A DNA stretch of 64,000 nt from Pseudomonadota bacterium (GCA_043821645.1 JBDRCO010000089.1:32001-96000), one strand, 5' to 3'. Counted from the first letter of the stretch, positions 1-14,300 are shown. The notes: a model not told the origin generated them from the sequence alone. Translations and numbers: made by a program.

Positions 1-1
1 G

Positions 2-313
2 ATGTGGGTCATTGTGGGCATTCTCGTGGTGGGAACCTCCGCGGTGTCCATCTATGGTGCCCGCGTGACGATACCCCTGGCTGCAGAGTCCCTGGCTGAG
101 GGCTTCGACCGGGCTCGGCAGCGTGCCGCGGAAAAAAGGAGCGGGGTGCGCGAGGCTGGCGACGGGGCTGAGGGAGCGCAGGACCCCAGCGCACCGGTGT
201 TGCGACGCGGCGGTTTCTTCACCTTCACCGACGACAAGGGTGTCACCCACGCCGTGGACAGCTGGGACAAGATACCACAGCGCCATCGGGGCAAGGCCCA
301 GCGCGTCGAGTGA
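2..313 (+). CDS. Hypothetical membrane-anchored protein, probably 5'-partial, with a DUF4124-like C-terminus
   Basis: Hydrophobic N-terminal helix; C-terminal FTFTDDKGVTHAVDSWDKIPQRHR resembles the DUF4124-type 'Y.W.D..G..H' motif. Confidence 0.5.
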   Translation: MWVIVGILVVGTSAVSIYGARVTIPLAAESLAEGFDRARQRAAEKRSGVREAGDGAEGAQDPSAPVLRRGGFFTFTDDKGVTHAVDSWDKIPQRHRGKAQRVE

Positions 314-329
314 GCGCCCCCCGCGACCT

Positions 330-950
330 TCAGGGTGTCGCGGGCTGCGCGCTGAAGCGCACGCTGGCTAGCAGGCCCTCCCAGGTCGGCCCGATGGCGT
401 CGAACTGGTCTTCCGTCGCCGTGACCCCCAGCGACAGCACGCGCTCGCCGCGCCGGACCAGAAGCTGATCCTTGCGCCAGCGACGACCCTCCCGCTCGAA
501 CATCGTCTCCATGCGAATGCCGTCGACACCATCGCGCGAGAACGCCACGGTGCGCAGTAGCTTGCCCTGCGGGTCGATGGTCTTGAGTTCGTCGAGGAGC
601 TGGCCCTTGAGTGCCAGAGCGCTGTCGACCGCACCCTTCGCCGGGCCGGGGGTCTGGGCCTGGAGGAGCCACACGGCCTGCGCCGCGGGATCGCCCTCGG
701 GGGCCAGCAGGTGGTGACCATCGGCCTGGGCCGAAACCGTCCAGGTCACGGGCAGATCGAGACGCAGCCCCAGGTCCTGGATGTCGACGGTCTTGAGCGC
801 CGGGGCGGCGTCCGGGCTGGCCATGGCGGCGTCGGGTTTGGCGGCCGCCACGGGGGGAGGTGGCACCGGTTCCGGAGGCGCGGGTCGCGCACACGCTGCA
901 ACGCTCACCGCCACCAAGGCGACGATCCAATGCGCTCCCGAGGTGTTCAT
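330..950 (-). CDS. Lipoprotein, possible PsbP/DcrB-like fold
   Basis: Start moved to MNTSG (ATG at 950, AGGAG upstream); lipobox VAAC, Pro-rich linker, LDLPVTW motif and C-terminal 'LLASVRF' pattern. Confidence 0.6.
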   Translation of the reverse strand: MNTSGAHWIVALVAVSVAACARPAPPEPVPPPPVAAAKPDAAMASPDAAPALKTVDIQDLGLRLDLPVTWTVSAQADGHHLLAPEGDPAAQAVWLLQAQTPGPAKGAVDSALALKGQLLDELKTIDPQGKLLRTVAFSRDGVDGIRMETMFEREGRRWRKDQLLVRRGERVLSLGVTATEDQFDAIGPTWEGLLASVRFSAQPATP

Positions 951-1069
951 GACCGGCTCCTTGTTCCTGGTGGTCGCCCAGCGTGGGACACACGCGATCC
1001 GCACCGCCCGCACCTTATGCGTGGTGGAGCTCCCAGAAAAGGTGATCCAGGCACCGATCCCCATTATCC

Positions 1070-4993
<3,924 letters not shown>

Positions 4994-5022
4994 AGCGGGG
5001 GACGGAACGCTTGGGGGGGCAG

Positions 5023-5041
5023 GGGTACGGTTGCCGTACCC
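5023..5041 (+). terminator. GC hairpin downstream of the eno-OMP unit (no U-tract)
   Basis: GGGTACGG-ttg-CCGTACCC perfect 8-bp inverted repeat. Confidence 0.3.
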
Positions 5042-5316
5042 GGCTTGCGGCGCGCGCGAATCATGTATAAGGTTCGCCCGCTCCGAGGGTTCCCCGGGCC
5101 CCGCAGCACGTCGTGGCCCGGTGCATGTTGGTTGGGTGGACTGCGGCCGAACCTGGCCATGCGCGACGCGCTGCCAGGTCCAGCCTGCCGAGATGCCCGA
5201 GGAGCGGTGCCGGCGGAAGAACAGTCGCTGGCCTGCTCTGGAGAGAGGGGACATCCGTCCCCCCCTCGACAGGAAGGGGCGTGACGCGCGCCCCTTGAAC
5301 GTACAGCGAGGCGATC

Positions 5317-6150
5317 ATGCACCTGCAACGCTCCCTTCTTCCTCTCGCGGTTCTGCTGACATCCGTGTTCATGCAGGTGTCCCCGAGCAGGGCCGAGGCC
5401 ACGCCGAACGATCTGCCGCTCATCGAGAGCAAGCTGTTCCCGATGGGCTTCAAGATCGAGCTGTCCCCCCTGTACAACTATTCGATCAACGACAAGTATA
5501 CCCACCACACAGGTCTGCAGCTGGTGGCGGGTTTTCACATCTTCGAGTTCCTCGCCATCGAGCTGTTCGGGGGCTACCACCTCAACGGCTTCGGCGAGCT
5601 CAACAGCATCGGCGGCTATCCCTCGGCCATGAAGAGCGGCTGGACCAGCCTGACCGACGCGGTCAACGCCTACACGCACTCGACGGACGCGCCCGACTTC
5701 CTGCGCAACAAGGCGCTGGAGCTGCCCGATCTGTATTACCAGTCCTGGTTCGCGGGTGGCGACGTCATGTTCTCGCCCTTCTACGGCAAGTGGAGCATCG
5801 TGTCCGAGCTGGGCGGCAGCATCTACGTGTACGGCCTCCTGGGCGGTGGCGTCTCGGGCACCACCAAGGAGGACTACAGGACTCCCGGCGCCGTGATCAC
5901 GGGGCCCCTCGTGTTTCCGCTGCACTACGGCGTGGGCACGCGCATCTTCTTCACCAAGTGGCTCGCGCTGCGCGTCGAGCTGCGCGACTACTGGTGGCTC
6001 AACCCCGAGGTCCAGGAGCAGGTCTCCGAGACCGACACCACCGATCCCTGCCCCGGCGGCTACTGCCTGACCGTCGACGGCAAGAAGCAGCAGTTCATGG
6101 ATTTCAGCCGCACCACCCTGCTGCAGGCCGGTGTGAGTTTCATGTTCTAG
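5317..6150 (+). CDS. Outer-membrane beta-barrel, GltA/GltB (NfsA/B)-like
   Basis: Signal peptide; ELSP...SINDKY, FSPFYGK motifs, terminal GVSFMF; upstream of gltC-G-like genes. Confidence 0.75.
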   Translation: MHLQRSLLPLAVLLTSVFMQVSPSRAEATPNDLPLIESKLFPMGFKIELSPLYNYSINDKYTHHTGLQLVAGFHIFEFLAIELFGGYHLNGFGELNSIGGYPSAMKSGWTSLTDAVNAYTHSTDAPDFLRNKALELPDLYYQSWFAGGDVMFSPFYGKWSIVSELGGSIYVYGLLGGGVSGTTKEDYRTPGAVITGPLVFPLHYGVGTRIFFTKWLALRVELRDYWWLNPEVQEQVSETDTTDPCPGGYCLTVDGKKQQFMDFSRTTLLQAGVSFMF

Positions 6151-6212
6151 AACCGACGCCCGTCGACACCCGGGAGCAGTCCCGGTGACGACGGTGGTTC
6201 GCGAGGCGCGAC

Positions 6213-7106
6213 ATGACGAACCGCATGCCCGTGTTGACGAAGACCTGGCTCCCGGTCCTGCTCGCCATTGCCCTGGCGCTGCCGGGTGCCGTGCGCGCGC
6301 AGGACGACGACTTCATCCCGCCGCCGCCCGACGAGGGCGACAGCAGCCCCGCGGCGGTGCCCGAGGGTCCAGGCGAAGAGCCTGCGACGCCAGCGGCGCC
6401 GCGCGAGATGGTGGAGAGCGAGGAGGCCGCGAGCCCGTCACAGGATCGCGCGCCCGAGAGCGCGGCCAAGCAGGACCTGGAGAGTGACGAGACGATCTAC
6501 GTCATCCAGAAGAAGGCCAACATCATCGGTGGCCACTTCGAGCTGAGCCCGCAGTTCGTGCTCTCCTTCAACGACCGCTTCACCAACCACTACGGGTTCA
6601 TGGTGGCGGCCATGTACCACCTGCGCGAGAACGTCGGCGTGGAGCTGGCGGGCGGCTACCTGTTCGGCTTCCCGTCGGAGATCACCAGCGAGATCCGGGA
6701 GAAGGGACGTCTGGCCCCCGAGCCGGTGGATCTCTACGCCCTGACCTGGGTCGCCACCGCGAACGTCCAGTGGTCCCCGATCTACGGCAAGGTGAGCGTG
6801 CTCGATCTGGCCCTGGGCCATTACTCCCTGTACTTCTCCGTCGGCACCGGCATGACCGGCCTCGCCCTCGAGCGTTACTTCGATGCCCCGGGTCAGCAGT
6901 ACGAGCTGGCCTGGCCCTTCGCCTTCACCTCGACCATCGGCGCAGGACTGCGCGTCTACTTCCTCGACTGGCTGGGCGCGCGTATCGAGGTTCGTGACTA
7001 CGTGCAGGCGAACATGGTGGACAAGGAGATCACGAACTTCTCGTTCACGTACTTCGACGTGCAGAACTACTACATGCTCCAGGCCGGAGTGACCTTCATC
7101 TTCTAG
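6213..7106 (+). CDS. Outer-membrane beta-barrel, GltA/GltB (NfsA/B)-like
   Basis: Signal peptide, acidic linker, IYVIQKK, FELSP...SFNDRF, WSPIYGK, terminal GVTFIF; paralogue of the previous ORF. Confidence 0.8.
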   Translation: MTNRMPVLTKTWLPVLLAIALALPGAVRAQDDDFIPPPPDEGDSSPAAVPEGPGEEPATPAAPREMVESEEAASPSQDRAPESAAKQDLESDETIYVIQKKANIIGGHFELSPQFVLSFNDRFTNHYGFMVAAMYHLRENVGVELAGGYLFGFPSEITSEIREKGRLAPEPVDLYALTWVATANVQWSPIYGKVSVLDLALGHYSLYFSVGTGMTGLALERYFDAPGQQYELAWPFAFTSTIGAGLRVYFLDWLGARIEVRDYVQANMVDKEITNFSFTYFDVQNYYMLQAGVTFIF

Positions 7107-7115
7107 GAGCCGCCC

Positions 7116-8775
7116 ATGACGTCCAAGCAGTTCCTTTTCTGCGTGCTCCTCGCCACGGCGACGATCGCATCGGGTCGCGCCCAGGCCCAGAACATCGACA
7201 AGGCCATCGATGCCTACAAGAGTGGTCAGTACGATGAGGCCGCGGTGCGCTTCTTCGAGGTGCTGCGCTTTGATCAGAGCGAGGGCAACATCGTCGAGGC
7301 CGAGTATGGCATCGCCCAGTCGCTGCTCAAGCTCGACCTGACCCTGCCCGCGATCCGTTACTACGAGAACATCATCGCCGCGGGCGCCACGCACCCGTAC
7401 TACCTGAAGGCCTTCGAGGGGCTCCTCGAGGCCGCGGAGCGCCTGCAGGACGACCTCGTCGTCCCGGCCATCCTTGACAAGAAGTACTCCAGCGCCCTTG
7501 CCAAGCTGCAGCCCGAGGTCATCCAGCGCATCCATTACTACCTCGGCGAGCGCCTGTACAAGCAGCAGAAGCGGGGCGAGGCCCTGGACTTTTTGCGCAC
7601 GGTCAAGAAGGAGAACCCGACCTACTCCAAGGCCCAGTACCTGATCGGAATGACCTTCCTGGGCAAGGCCGCGGGCGAGCGCGCGGAATACGACAAGGCC
7701 ATCGAGGCCTTCGAGGGTGTGCGCACCGCCATCGCCGCGGACAGCGCGGATCTCGAGCGCCGTAACCTGCGGGAGCTGGCCACCCTGGCCCTGGCTCGTG
7801 TGTATTACGAGATGGGCGCACAGATGCCCGCCGAGGACGCCAAGGAAGAGACCAAGCCGAACCTCGAGAAGCAGAGCCTGCTGCGCAAGAGCATCGATCT
7901 TTACCAGGAGATCCCGCGCTTCTCGCCCAACTGGGGCGACGCCTTGTACGAGCGGGCCTGGGCCCACATCATCATCCCGGTGCAAGGCACGAACTCCAAG
8001 GGCGAGCCCATCGTGACCCAGGAGTACGGCAAGGCCCTGGGCGCGCTGCACACCATTCATGCACCGTACTTTGTTCGCGACTACTGGCCCGAGAGCTACA
8101 TTCTCAAGGGCATCGTCTACTTCTACAACTGCCACTTCGATCGCGTGTACAAGGTGCTCAAGGTTCTCAACGAGCAGTACGAGCCCATGAATGGCGTGCT
8201 CGAGCGCATCCTCAAGCAGCCCGGTGTTCCCGACGAGGCGTAACTACGATCTGCTCGTCGACAGTCTCAAGGCCGACAAGCCTGTGACCGCGCTCATCGA
8301 TGCCGAACCCAAGGACCTGCTGCTGCCCGGCCGCGTGGCGCGCAGCCTGGCCCGCGATCCGCAGTGGGGCAAGCTCACGCACTTCATGGCCAAGCTCAAG
8401 CAAGAGGCCAAGCTCGTCGAGGGCAACAAGACCCTTGCCGGCGGCGAGATCGGTAACGAGATCCTGATGGTGATCGACAAGAATCTGCAGCAGTTCCAGG
8501 GTGTGGCCGGACGCTGGGTGCGGCGCCAGCTCACCGACACCCAGAATTACCTGCAGAGCTACGTCAACCGCTCGATCATCGTCAAGCTCGAGACCGAGAG
8601 CGCCGAGAAGGACTGGCTCGAGCTCGGTCGTTCCATCGACAAGGCCGCGCGGCCTCAGCTACCCCGACCCTACATTCCCAACGACAGGTTCCAGTACTTC
8701 ACGTTCAACAGCGAGTACTGGTCCGACGAGCTGGGCTACTACGAGTACTCGATCCGGACCGAGTGCTACGAGTGA
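7116..8775 (+). pseudogene. gltC: GltC/NfsC-like TPR protein split by an apparent single-base insertion at about 8242
   Basis: ORF 7116-8243 (TPR helices, ALGALHTIHAPYF..YWPES) continues in the +1 frame to 8775 (FNSEYWSDELGYYEYSIRTEC, a GltC-type C-terminus); removing one A from GCG TAA CTAC gives GCG TAC TAC. Confidence 0.75.
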
Positions 8776-8823
8776 TCGAGTCGACCGGTGTCGTTTCTCC
8801 GTGACCGATGCAGTGAGGTGATC

Positions 8824-11800
8824 ATGCGGCGTCATCGAACAGGGGGCCTGAGATCGGTGCTCCTTGTCTTTGCCCTGAGTACGGCAGCCTTCTTCGTCGT
8901 CGACCAGTTCACGGATGTGCAGGTCGCCTATGCCAAGAAGAAAAAGAAGAAAAAGAAAAAGAAGAAGAAGGCGCCCAAGACCGAGGCCAGCGAGACCAAG
9001 GCCCAGGCCTGCAAGGACGACGGCGATTGCAGGACGGGTCAGGTCTGCGAGAAGGACCTGTGCATCGAGGAGTCCAAGGCCACCAAGGCCGAGGGCGAGC
9101 CGAAAAAACCCGACGATACGCCGCTGCGGACCACCGGCCCCGCCAAGCTGCGCATTCCGACCAGCGACAAGAACTTCGACCGCTCGGCCAAGGCGGATGC
9201 CAAGCGCGACGAGGTCATCACCGACATCAAGAAGATCCTGCCCACCATGAAGGGGCCGCAGAAGGCGGAGCTGATCTTCCGCCTGGCCGAGATGTACTGG
9301 GAGAAGTCCAAGTTCATCGAGTCCGTCGAGTGGGCCGAGTTCGAGAAGGACGTGCAGGCCTGGGTCGACGGAGGCATGAAGGGCAAGGAGCCCAAGCCAG
9401 ACAGCTACCAGCGTCAGAGCGTGGTCTACAAGAAGCAGGCCCTGGCCAACTACCAGACCATCCTCGAGCAATACAAGGAGTACCCCCGCCGCGACGAGGT
9501 GCTCTACATCATGGCCTACAACCAGTACGACGCCGGCCAGAAGCGAGAGGCGGTGCGCAATTACTGGGAGCTGATCAAGCAGTATCCGGAGAGCCAGTAC
9601 GTGGGCGATGCCTACCTGGCCATGGGCGAGCACTACTTCAACTCGAACCAGGTGCTCAAGGCACGCAAGGCCTTCCTCGAGGCGCTGAAGACCAAGAAGC
9701 CCAAGATTTACAGCTTCGCGCTCTACAAGCTGGCCTGGTGTGACTACAACCTGCAGGAATTCGAAGCCGCCATCGACAAGTTCAAGAAGGTCATCGACTA
9801 CGCCGAGCGGCAGGTGGGGAAGTCCAAGGAGGGTGAGCGCGACAATGTCCAGCTCAAGAACGAGGCGCTCAACGACGTCACCTTGACCTTCAGCCACGTC
9901 GACGCGGTGGATACAGCCTACGAGTACGTGCGCAAGAAGGGCGGCGACAAGCTGGCGCGCTCGCTCACCGAGAAGCTGGCGCGCATCTACAACGACCAGG
10001 GCAAGTTCGACCAGGAGATCATGACTTACAGGCTCCTGATCAACACCTACCCCGACGACGCAGCCTGCCCGGACTTCCAGTCCAGCATCGTGGCGGCCTT
10101 CGCCAAGCTGGGCAAACGCGGCGAGGTGCGGACCGAGGTGCGCCGGCTGGTCGAGCTGTACCGGCCCGGCTCACCGTGGTGGAAGAAGAACGAGAGCAAC
10201 AAGGCAGCGCTGGAGCGGGCGCGGGACACCGCCGAGAGCCGCATGCGCGAGCTGGTCACCGACTACCACCAGTACTGCCAGAAGTTCAAGAAGAGGCCAG
10301 ACTGCACGCTGTCCAAGGATATCTACGCCGAGTACCTGCAGGTGTTTCCGGACACGGAATACGCCTACCGCATGCGCTTCTTCTACGCCGAGATCCTGTG
10401 GGACCTCGGTCTGTACAAGGACGCGGGTGATCAGTACGACAAGGTCGTGGACAAGGATCCCAAGGGTGAATACTCCCGCGTCGCAGCCTTCAACTCGGTG
10501 TTGACCTGGGAGAAGATCGTCGCCGGCATCGAGAAGGACGAGAACAAGGCCATCGAGGGCATCGACGATCACAAGACCAAGAAGCGCGACCCCAGCCGCT
10601 CGACCAAGATCAAGCTCGAGAAGAACTACAAGGAGGCCGCCAAGCGCGGCAAGACCTTCGAGCAGCAGCCCATCCCCGAGAATGAACTCAAGCTGGCTGC
10701 CGCCTGCGACCGCTACGTGGCCATCGTGCCCGAAAAGGAAGCCAAGAAGGACAAGGAGATCCTCGAGGAGCTGGTGGCCGTCAAGTTCAAGGCCGGCGCC
10801 ATCTACCAGAAGTACTACCACTTCAAGGATGCGGCGCAGCGCTTCGGCGAGCTCATTGATCGCTGGCCCGCCCACAACCTGGCCCGGGCCGGCGCGGACC
10901 TGATCCTCGATAGCTTCGACGCCCGCGAGGACTGGACCGAGCTCAACAAGTGGTCGCGGAGCTTCCAGAAGAACAAGTCCCTGATGGCCGACAAGAAGTT
11001 CGCGGACCAGATCGACAAGTATGTCGAGGGCTCGAGCTTCAAGGAGATCATGGTCATCTACGCCAAGGCCAACGTCTTGCTGGAGCAGAAGAAGTCCGCC
11101 GAAGCACAGCCCATGTTTGGCGACGCGGCGAGCCGCTTCAGGGCCTTCCAGAAGGAGTTCCCGGGCAGCCAGTTCTCGCCCATCGCGCTGTTCAACTCGA
11201 CCGTGGTCTATGACCGCGCCAAGGAGCTGGATCGCGCCATCGACTCCGCGGAGCTGCTGCTCAAGCAGTATGACAAGGAGCTGGACCAGGGCGACAACAA
11301 GAAGAACGACCTCAAGCCCAAGACCCTGCTCTACCTGGCCTCGTTCTACGAGCGCATCGCTGACTTCGAGCGCGCCGCGCAGTACTACGAGCAGTACGTC
11401 GACAAGTACAAGACCAACGACAAGGCCACCGACGCCCTTTACAACGCCGGCATCTTGTACCAGGGGCTCGGTGACACCAAGCGCGCCATCGCGGTCTTTG
11501 GCAAGTACATCAAGGACTTCAAGGACGCCAAGGACGTGCCCCAGGTGTACTGGAAGATCGCCAACATCTATGTCGAGGAAGAAGACTGGCGGCGGGCCGC
11601 GGTGCTGTTCGGAGAGTTCGAGCAGCGATTCCCCAAGGCGGACCCGGTGCTGCAGTTCGAGAGTCGCTACCGACTGGCCGAGAACCTGTGGCGTGACAAT
11701 CGTGGCAAGGACGCCATGAAGGTCTGTGAAGACCTGACCATGCGTTATGCCAAGGCCAGTGCCGACGTGAAGAAGGTGCCGGTGGTGCAGGAGGCCGCAG

Positions 11801-12294
11801 GGCGTTGCGCTTTCGAGTTGCTCGAGCCCGACTTCGTTGCTTACGAGGCCATCAAGCTCGAACTCCCCATGAAGACCATGCGCAAGTCCCTGGAGGCCAA
11901 GCTGGAGAAGGCTCCTTTGCTGGCCACGCGCTACACAAAGCTGATCGACTACGGCAACGCGGAGTGGGGTGTGGCCGGTCTGGTGCGCGCCGCCCTGTGC
12001 TTCAAGTCGCTGGTCGATGCCCTGTTCCAGGCCCCGGATCCGCCGGGCCTGACCCCGGACCAGCTCGAGATCTACCGGGCCGAGCTGGAGAACGAGGCTT
12101 TCAAGTACGAGGACCAGGCCATTGCTGGCCTCGAGCTGGCGCTCAAGACGGCCTTCGACAAGGGCATCTACAGCGACTGGACCATGAAGGGCGAGGACGC
12201 ACTGAAGAAGTACAAGCCCAACCAGTTCCCCGACGTCAAGGAGATGCCGTTCTACGCCAGTGAGTCCTTCCGCAACGCCGCGGTGAGCAAGTAG
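8824..12294 (+). CDS. gltD: GltD/AgmU (NfsD)-like large periplasmic TPR protein
   Basis: Export signal, LIFRLAEMYWEKSK, many TPRs, C-terminal PPGLTPDQLEIYRAEL; position in the cluster. Confidence 0.8.
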   Translation: MRRHRTGGLRSVLLVFALSTAAFFVVDQFTDVQVAYAKKKKKKKKKKKKAPKTEASETKAQACKDDGDCRTGQVCEKDLCIEESKATKAEGEPKKPDDTPLRTTGPAKLRIPTSDKNFDRSAKADAKRDEVITDIKKILPTMKGPQKAELIFRLAEMYWEKSKFIESVEWAEFEKDVQAWVDGGMKGKEPKPDSYQRQSVVYKKQALANYQTILEQYKEYPRRDEVLYIMAYNQYDAGQKREAVRNYWELIKQYPESQYVGDAYLAMGEHYFNSNQVLKARKAFLEALKTKKPKIYSFALYKLAWCDYNLQEFEAAIDKFKKVIDYAERQVGKSKEGERDNVQLKNEALNDVTLTFSHVDAVDTAYEYVRKKGGDKLARSLTEKLARIYNDQGKFDQEIMTYRLLINTYPDDAACPDFQSSIVAAFAKLGKRGEVRTEVRRLVELYRPGSPWWKKNESNKAALERARDTAESRMRELVTDYHQYCQKFKKRPDCTLSKDIYAEYLQVFPDTEYAYRMRFFYAEILWDLGLYKDAGDQYDKVVDKDPKGEYSRVAAFNSVLTWEKIVAGIEKDENKAIEGIDDHKTKKRDPSRSTKIKLEKNYKEAAKRGKTFEQQPIPENELKLAAACDRYVAIVPEKEAKKDKEILEELVAVKFKAGAIYQKYYHFKDAAQRFGELIDRWPAHNLARAGADLILDSFDAREDWTELNKWSRSFQKNKSLMADKKFADQIDKYVEGSSFKEIMVIYAKANVLLEQKKSAEAQPMFGDAASRFRAFQKEFPGSQFSPIALFNSTVVYDRAKELDRAIDSAELLLKQYDKELDQGDNKKNDLKPKTLLYLASFYERIADFERAAQYYEQYVDKYKTNDKATDALYNAGILYQGLGDTKRAIAVFGKYIKDFKDAKDVPQVYWKIANIYVEEEDWRRAAVLFGEFEQRFPKADPVLQFESRYRLAENLWRDNRGKDAMKVCEDLTMRYAKASADVKKVPVVQEAAGRCAFELLEPDFVAYEAIKLELPMKTMRKSLEAKLEKAPLLATRYTKLIDYGNAEWGVAGLVRAALCFKSLVDALFQAPDPPGLTPDQLEIYRAELENEAFKYEDQAIAGLELALKTAFDKGIYSDWTMKGEDALKKYKPNQFPDVKEMPFYASESFRNAAVSK
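8935..8970 (+). repeat. 36-nt pure purine tract encoding 12 consecutive lysines
   Basis: aagaagaaaaagaagaaaaagaaaaagaagaagaag. Confidence 0.95.
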
Positions 12295-12306
12295 GAGAGG
12301 CTGATC

Positions 12307-13836
12307 ATGACCACGCAGTACCGTCACCGCACGTGGATCGCCTCGACGCTGATGCTGGGTGTGGTCGCCCTGCTGGGTGGCTGTCCCAAGAGCGAAGAAG
12401 CGGTCAAGCCCAAGGTCGTGGAGCAGAAGCAGGTCAAGCCCCGGGACCTCAGCCCCGAGGAGCTGACCGCGGCCGCGCGCCAGGCCTATTCCAAGAGCGA
12501 TTTTCAAAAAGCCCTGGAGCAGTACGACAAGGCCCTGGCACAGAAGCCAGACCTGGCCGACGCCAACCTGGGGCGCGCGCAGTGCCTGCAGAAGCTCGGG
12601 CGCCTCGACGAGGCCGATGCTGCCTACGAGACCATCCTCAAGAACGATCCGGGGAACATGAGCGTGGTCGCCGCCCTGGGTGGCCTGTACCGCGACAAGG
12701 GCCAGAGCAAGAAGGCCATCAAGCTGTACCAGGATGCGCTCAAGGCCGACGAGTACAACCCGGACCTGCTCAACAACCTGGCGGTGCTGTATCGCGCCGA
12801 CAAGAAGTACAAGCAGGCCGAGGAGACCGTCACCAAGCTCCTGACCCGTCACCCCGACGATGTGGATGCGCTCAAGAATCTGTCGCTGGTCTACTTTGAC
12901 CAGAAGAAGTACGCCCTGGCCGAGACCCTGATTGCCAACGTGCTCAAGAAGTCTGGCGACGACCCGACGCTGTTCAACAACCGCGGCATGATTCTGGTCT
13001 ACAAGAAGAAGCTGCCCGAGGCCCTGGCCAACTTCAAGAAGGCGGCCGAGCTGGATCCCAAGTTCTTCGAAGCGCGCATGAACATCGGCGGCATCGCGCT
13101 CAAGTACCGGGACTACGCCACCTCGCTCAAGGCCTTCCAGGAGGCCTCGACCCTGGAGCCGGCACACGTGCAGGCCAACCTGGGCATGGGTTACTCCCTG
13201 TCCGGGTTGCAGAAGTCCAAGGAGGCCGTGGTTCAGCTCGAGAAGGTGCTCAGTCTCGACGCGAACAACGCCCCGGCCATGGCCGAGCTGGTGTTCGTGT
13301 ACCAGATGCAGCTCAACGAGCAGGACAAGGCCCTGCAGTGGGCCGAGAAGTACAAGGCGAGCCTGGGTGGCAAGCTTCCGGGCGACGACCCCATGAACGA
13401 GCGCCTCGAGGTGATCCAGCAAAACCTCAAGGCCTTGAAGATGCAAAAGGACATGGCCAAGAAGCTCCAGGAAGAGGACGCCAAGGCCAAGGCCGAGGCA
13501 GAGGCCAAGAAGAAGGCTGACGAGGAAGCGGCCAAGATCAAGGCCGCCGAGGACGCCGCCAAGAAGAAGGCTGATGAGGACGCGGCCAAGGCCAAGGCAG
13601 ACGAAGAGGCCGCCAAGAAGAAAGCCGATACGGACGCGGCCAAGGCCAAGGCCGATGAGGCTGCGGCCAAGAAACAGGCCGATGAGGACGCTGCCAAGGC
13701 CAAGGCGGATGAGGCTGTGGCCAAGAAAAAGGCCGACGAGGACGCCGCCAAGCCCAAGGCGGGCGAGGGGAAAACCGAAGCCCCCCCCGAGGCCAAGTCC
13801 GGGGGCCAGGAACCCGCAGAGCCTGCAGGTCCCTAA
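12307..13836 (+). CDS. gltE: GltE/AglT (NfsE)-like TPR lipoprotein with a TolA-like charged repeat tail
   Basis: Lipobox LLGGC, tandem TPRs, ARMNIGGIALKYRDY motif; lies between gltD and gltF. Confidence 0.75.
   Translation: MTTQYRHRTWIASTLMLGVVALLGGCPKSEEAVKPKVVEQKQVKPRDLSPEELTAAARQAYSKSDFQKALEQYDKALAQKPDLADANLGRAQCLQKLGRLDEADAAYETILKNDPGNMSVVAALGGLYRDKGQSKKAIKLYQDALKADEYNPDLLNNLAVLYRADKKYKQAEETVTKLLTRHPDDVDALKNLSLVYFDQKKYALAETLIANVLKKSGDDPTLFNNRGMILVYKKKLPEALANFKKAAELDPKFFEARMNIGGIALKYRDYATSLKAFQEASTLEPAHVQANLGMGYSLSGLQKSKEAVVQLEKVLSLDANNAPAMAELVFVYQMQLNEQDKALQWAEKYKASLGGKLPGDDPMNERLEVIQQNLKALKMQKDMAKKLQEEDAKAKAEAEAKKKADEEAAKIKAAEDAAKKKADEDAAKAKADEEAAKKKADTDAAKAKADEAAAKKQADEDAAKAKADEAVAKKKADEDAAKPKAGEGKTEAPPEAKSGGQEPAEPAGP
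13474..13760 (+). repeat. Coding tandem repeat, about 27-nt unit (KKKADEDAA/KAKADEEAA) with 54-nt higher-order period
   Basis: Repeated gccaagaagaaggctga(c/t)gag / gccaaggccaaggc units. Confidence 0.9.
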
Positions 13837-14036
13837 CTGATCAGAGTGCCGGGAACCGCCGAGGGCCCGGGGTTGTCAGGGGAGGTGGGAGCGTAGTAGC
13901 TTTGGGCGCTCCGCGCAGCTGGTCTCGTCGAGAGGTTGGGAGCGGAACGCCACAGCGGAGGAGGGGGAGGCAGCCCAGCACACGGTGCTGGGACGCCTGA
14001 ACGGACCCCGCGGGTGGTCAGAGCAGGAGGTCTGGG

Positions 14037-14300
14037 ATGCGCAGAACAGTCATCGCCCTCATCGTGGTCGCAAGCATGCTGCCGCTGGTGGCACTGGCGC
14101 AGGGTGAGGTGCGCGAGGCGGATCGCGTGAGCTACAAGAAGCGCACCGTGGTCGACTTCTCCGACGTCACCATCGAAGGTGAGCTGACCAAGCCCGAGGG
14201 CTCGTACCTTGTCAATCGCAAGAAGACGCGCTTTCGGAACCTGATCGAGGTGCGTGCGCACTTCCGGCCCGAGCTGAACCGCACGGTCAACGCGCTGTAG
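14037..14300 (+). CDS. gltF: GltF/CglF (NfsF)-like small secreted protein
   Basis: Signal peptide; YKKRTVVDFSDVTIEGELTKPEGSY...FRNLIEVRAHFRPEL signature. Confidence 0.88.
   Translation: MRRTVIALIVVASMLPLVALAQGEVREADRVSYKKRTVVDFSDVTIEGELTKPEGSYLVNRKKTRFRNLIEVRAHFRPELNRTVNAL

Noticed and set aside
8241-8243. Stop-codon readthrough (Sec/Pyl) in gltC
   Set aside because: The stop is TAA and the continuation is in another frame
10171-13446. 1091-aa minus-strand ORF and other long antisense ORFs (6438-8135, 45514-47661, 53162-55225)
   Set aside because: Shadow frames of high-GC3 genes on the opposite strand; no recognisable motifs
13474-13760. Possible CRISPR array
   Set aside because: Tandem in-frame coding repeats without unique spacers; no cas genes in the window
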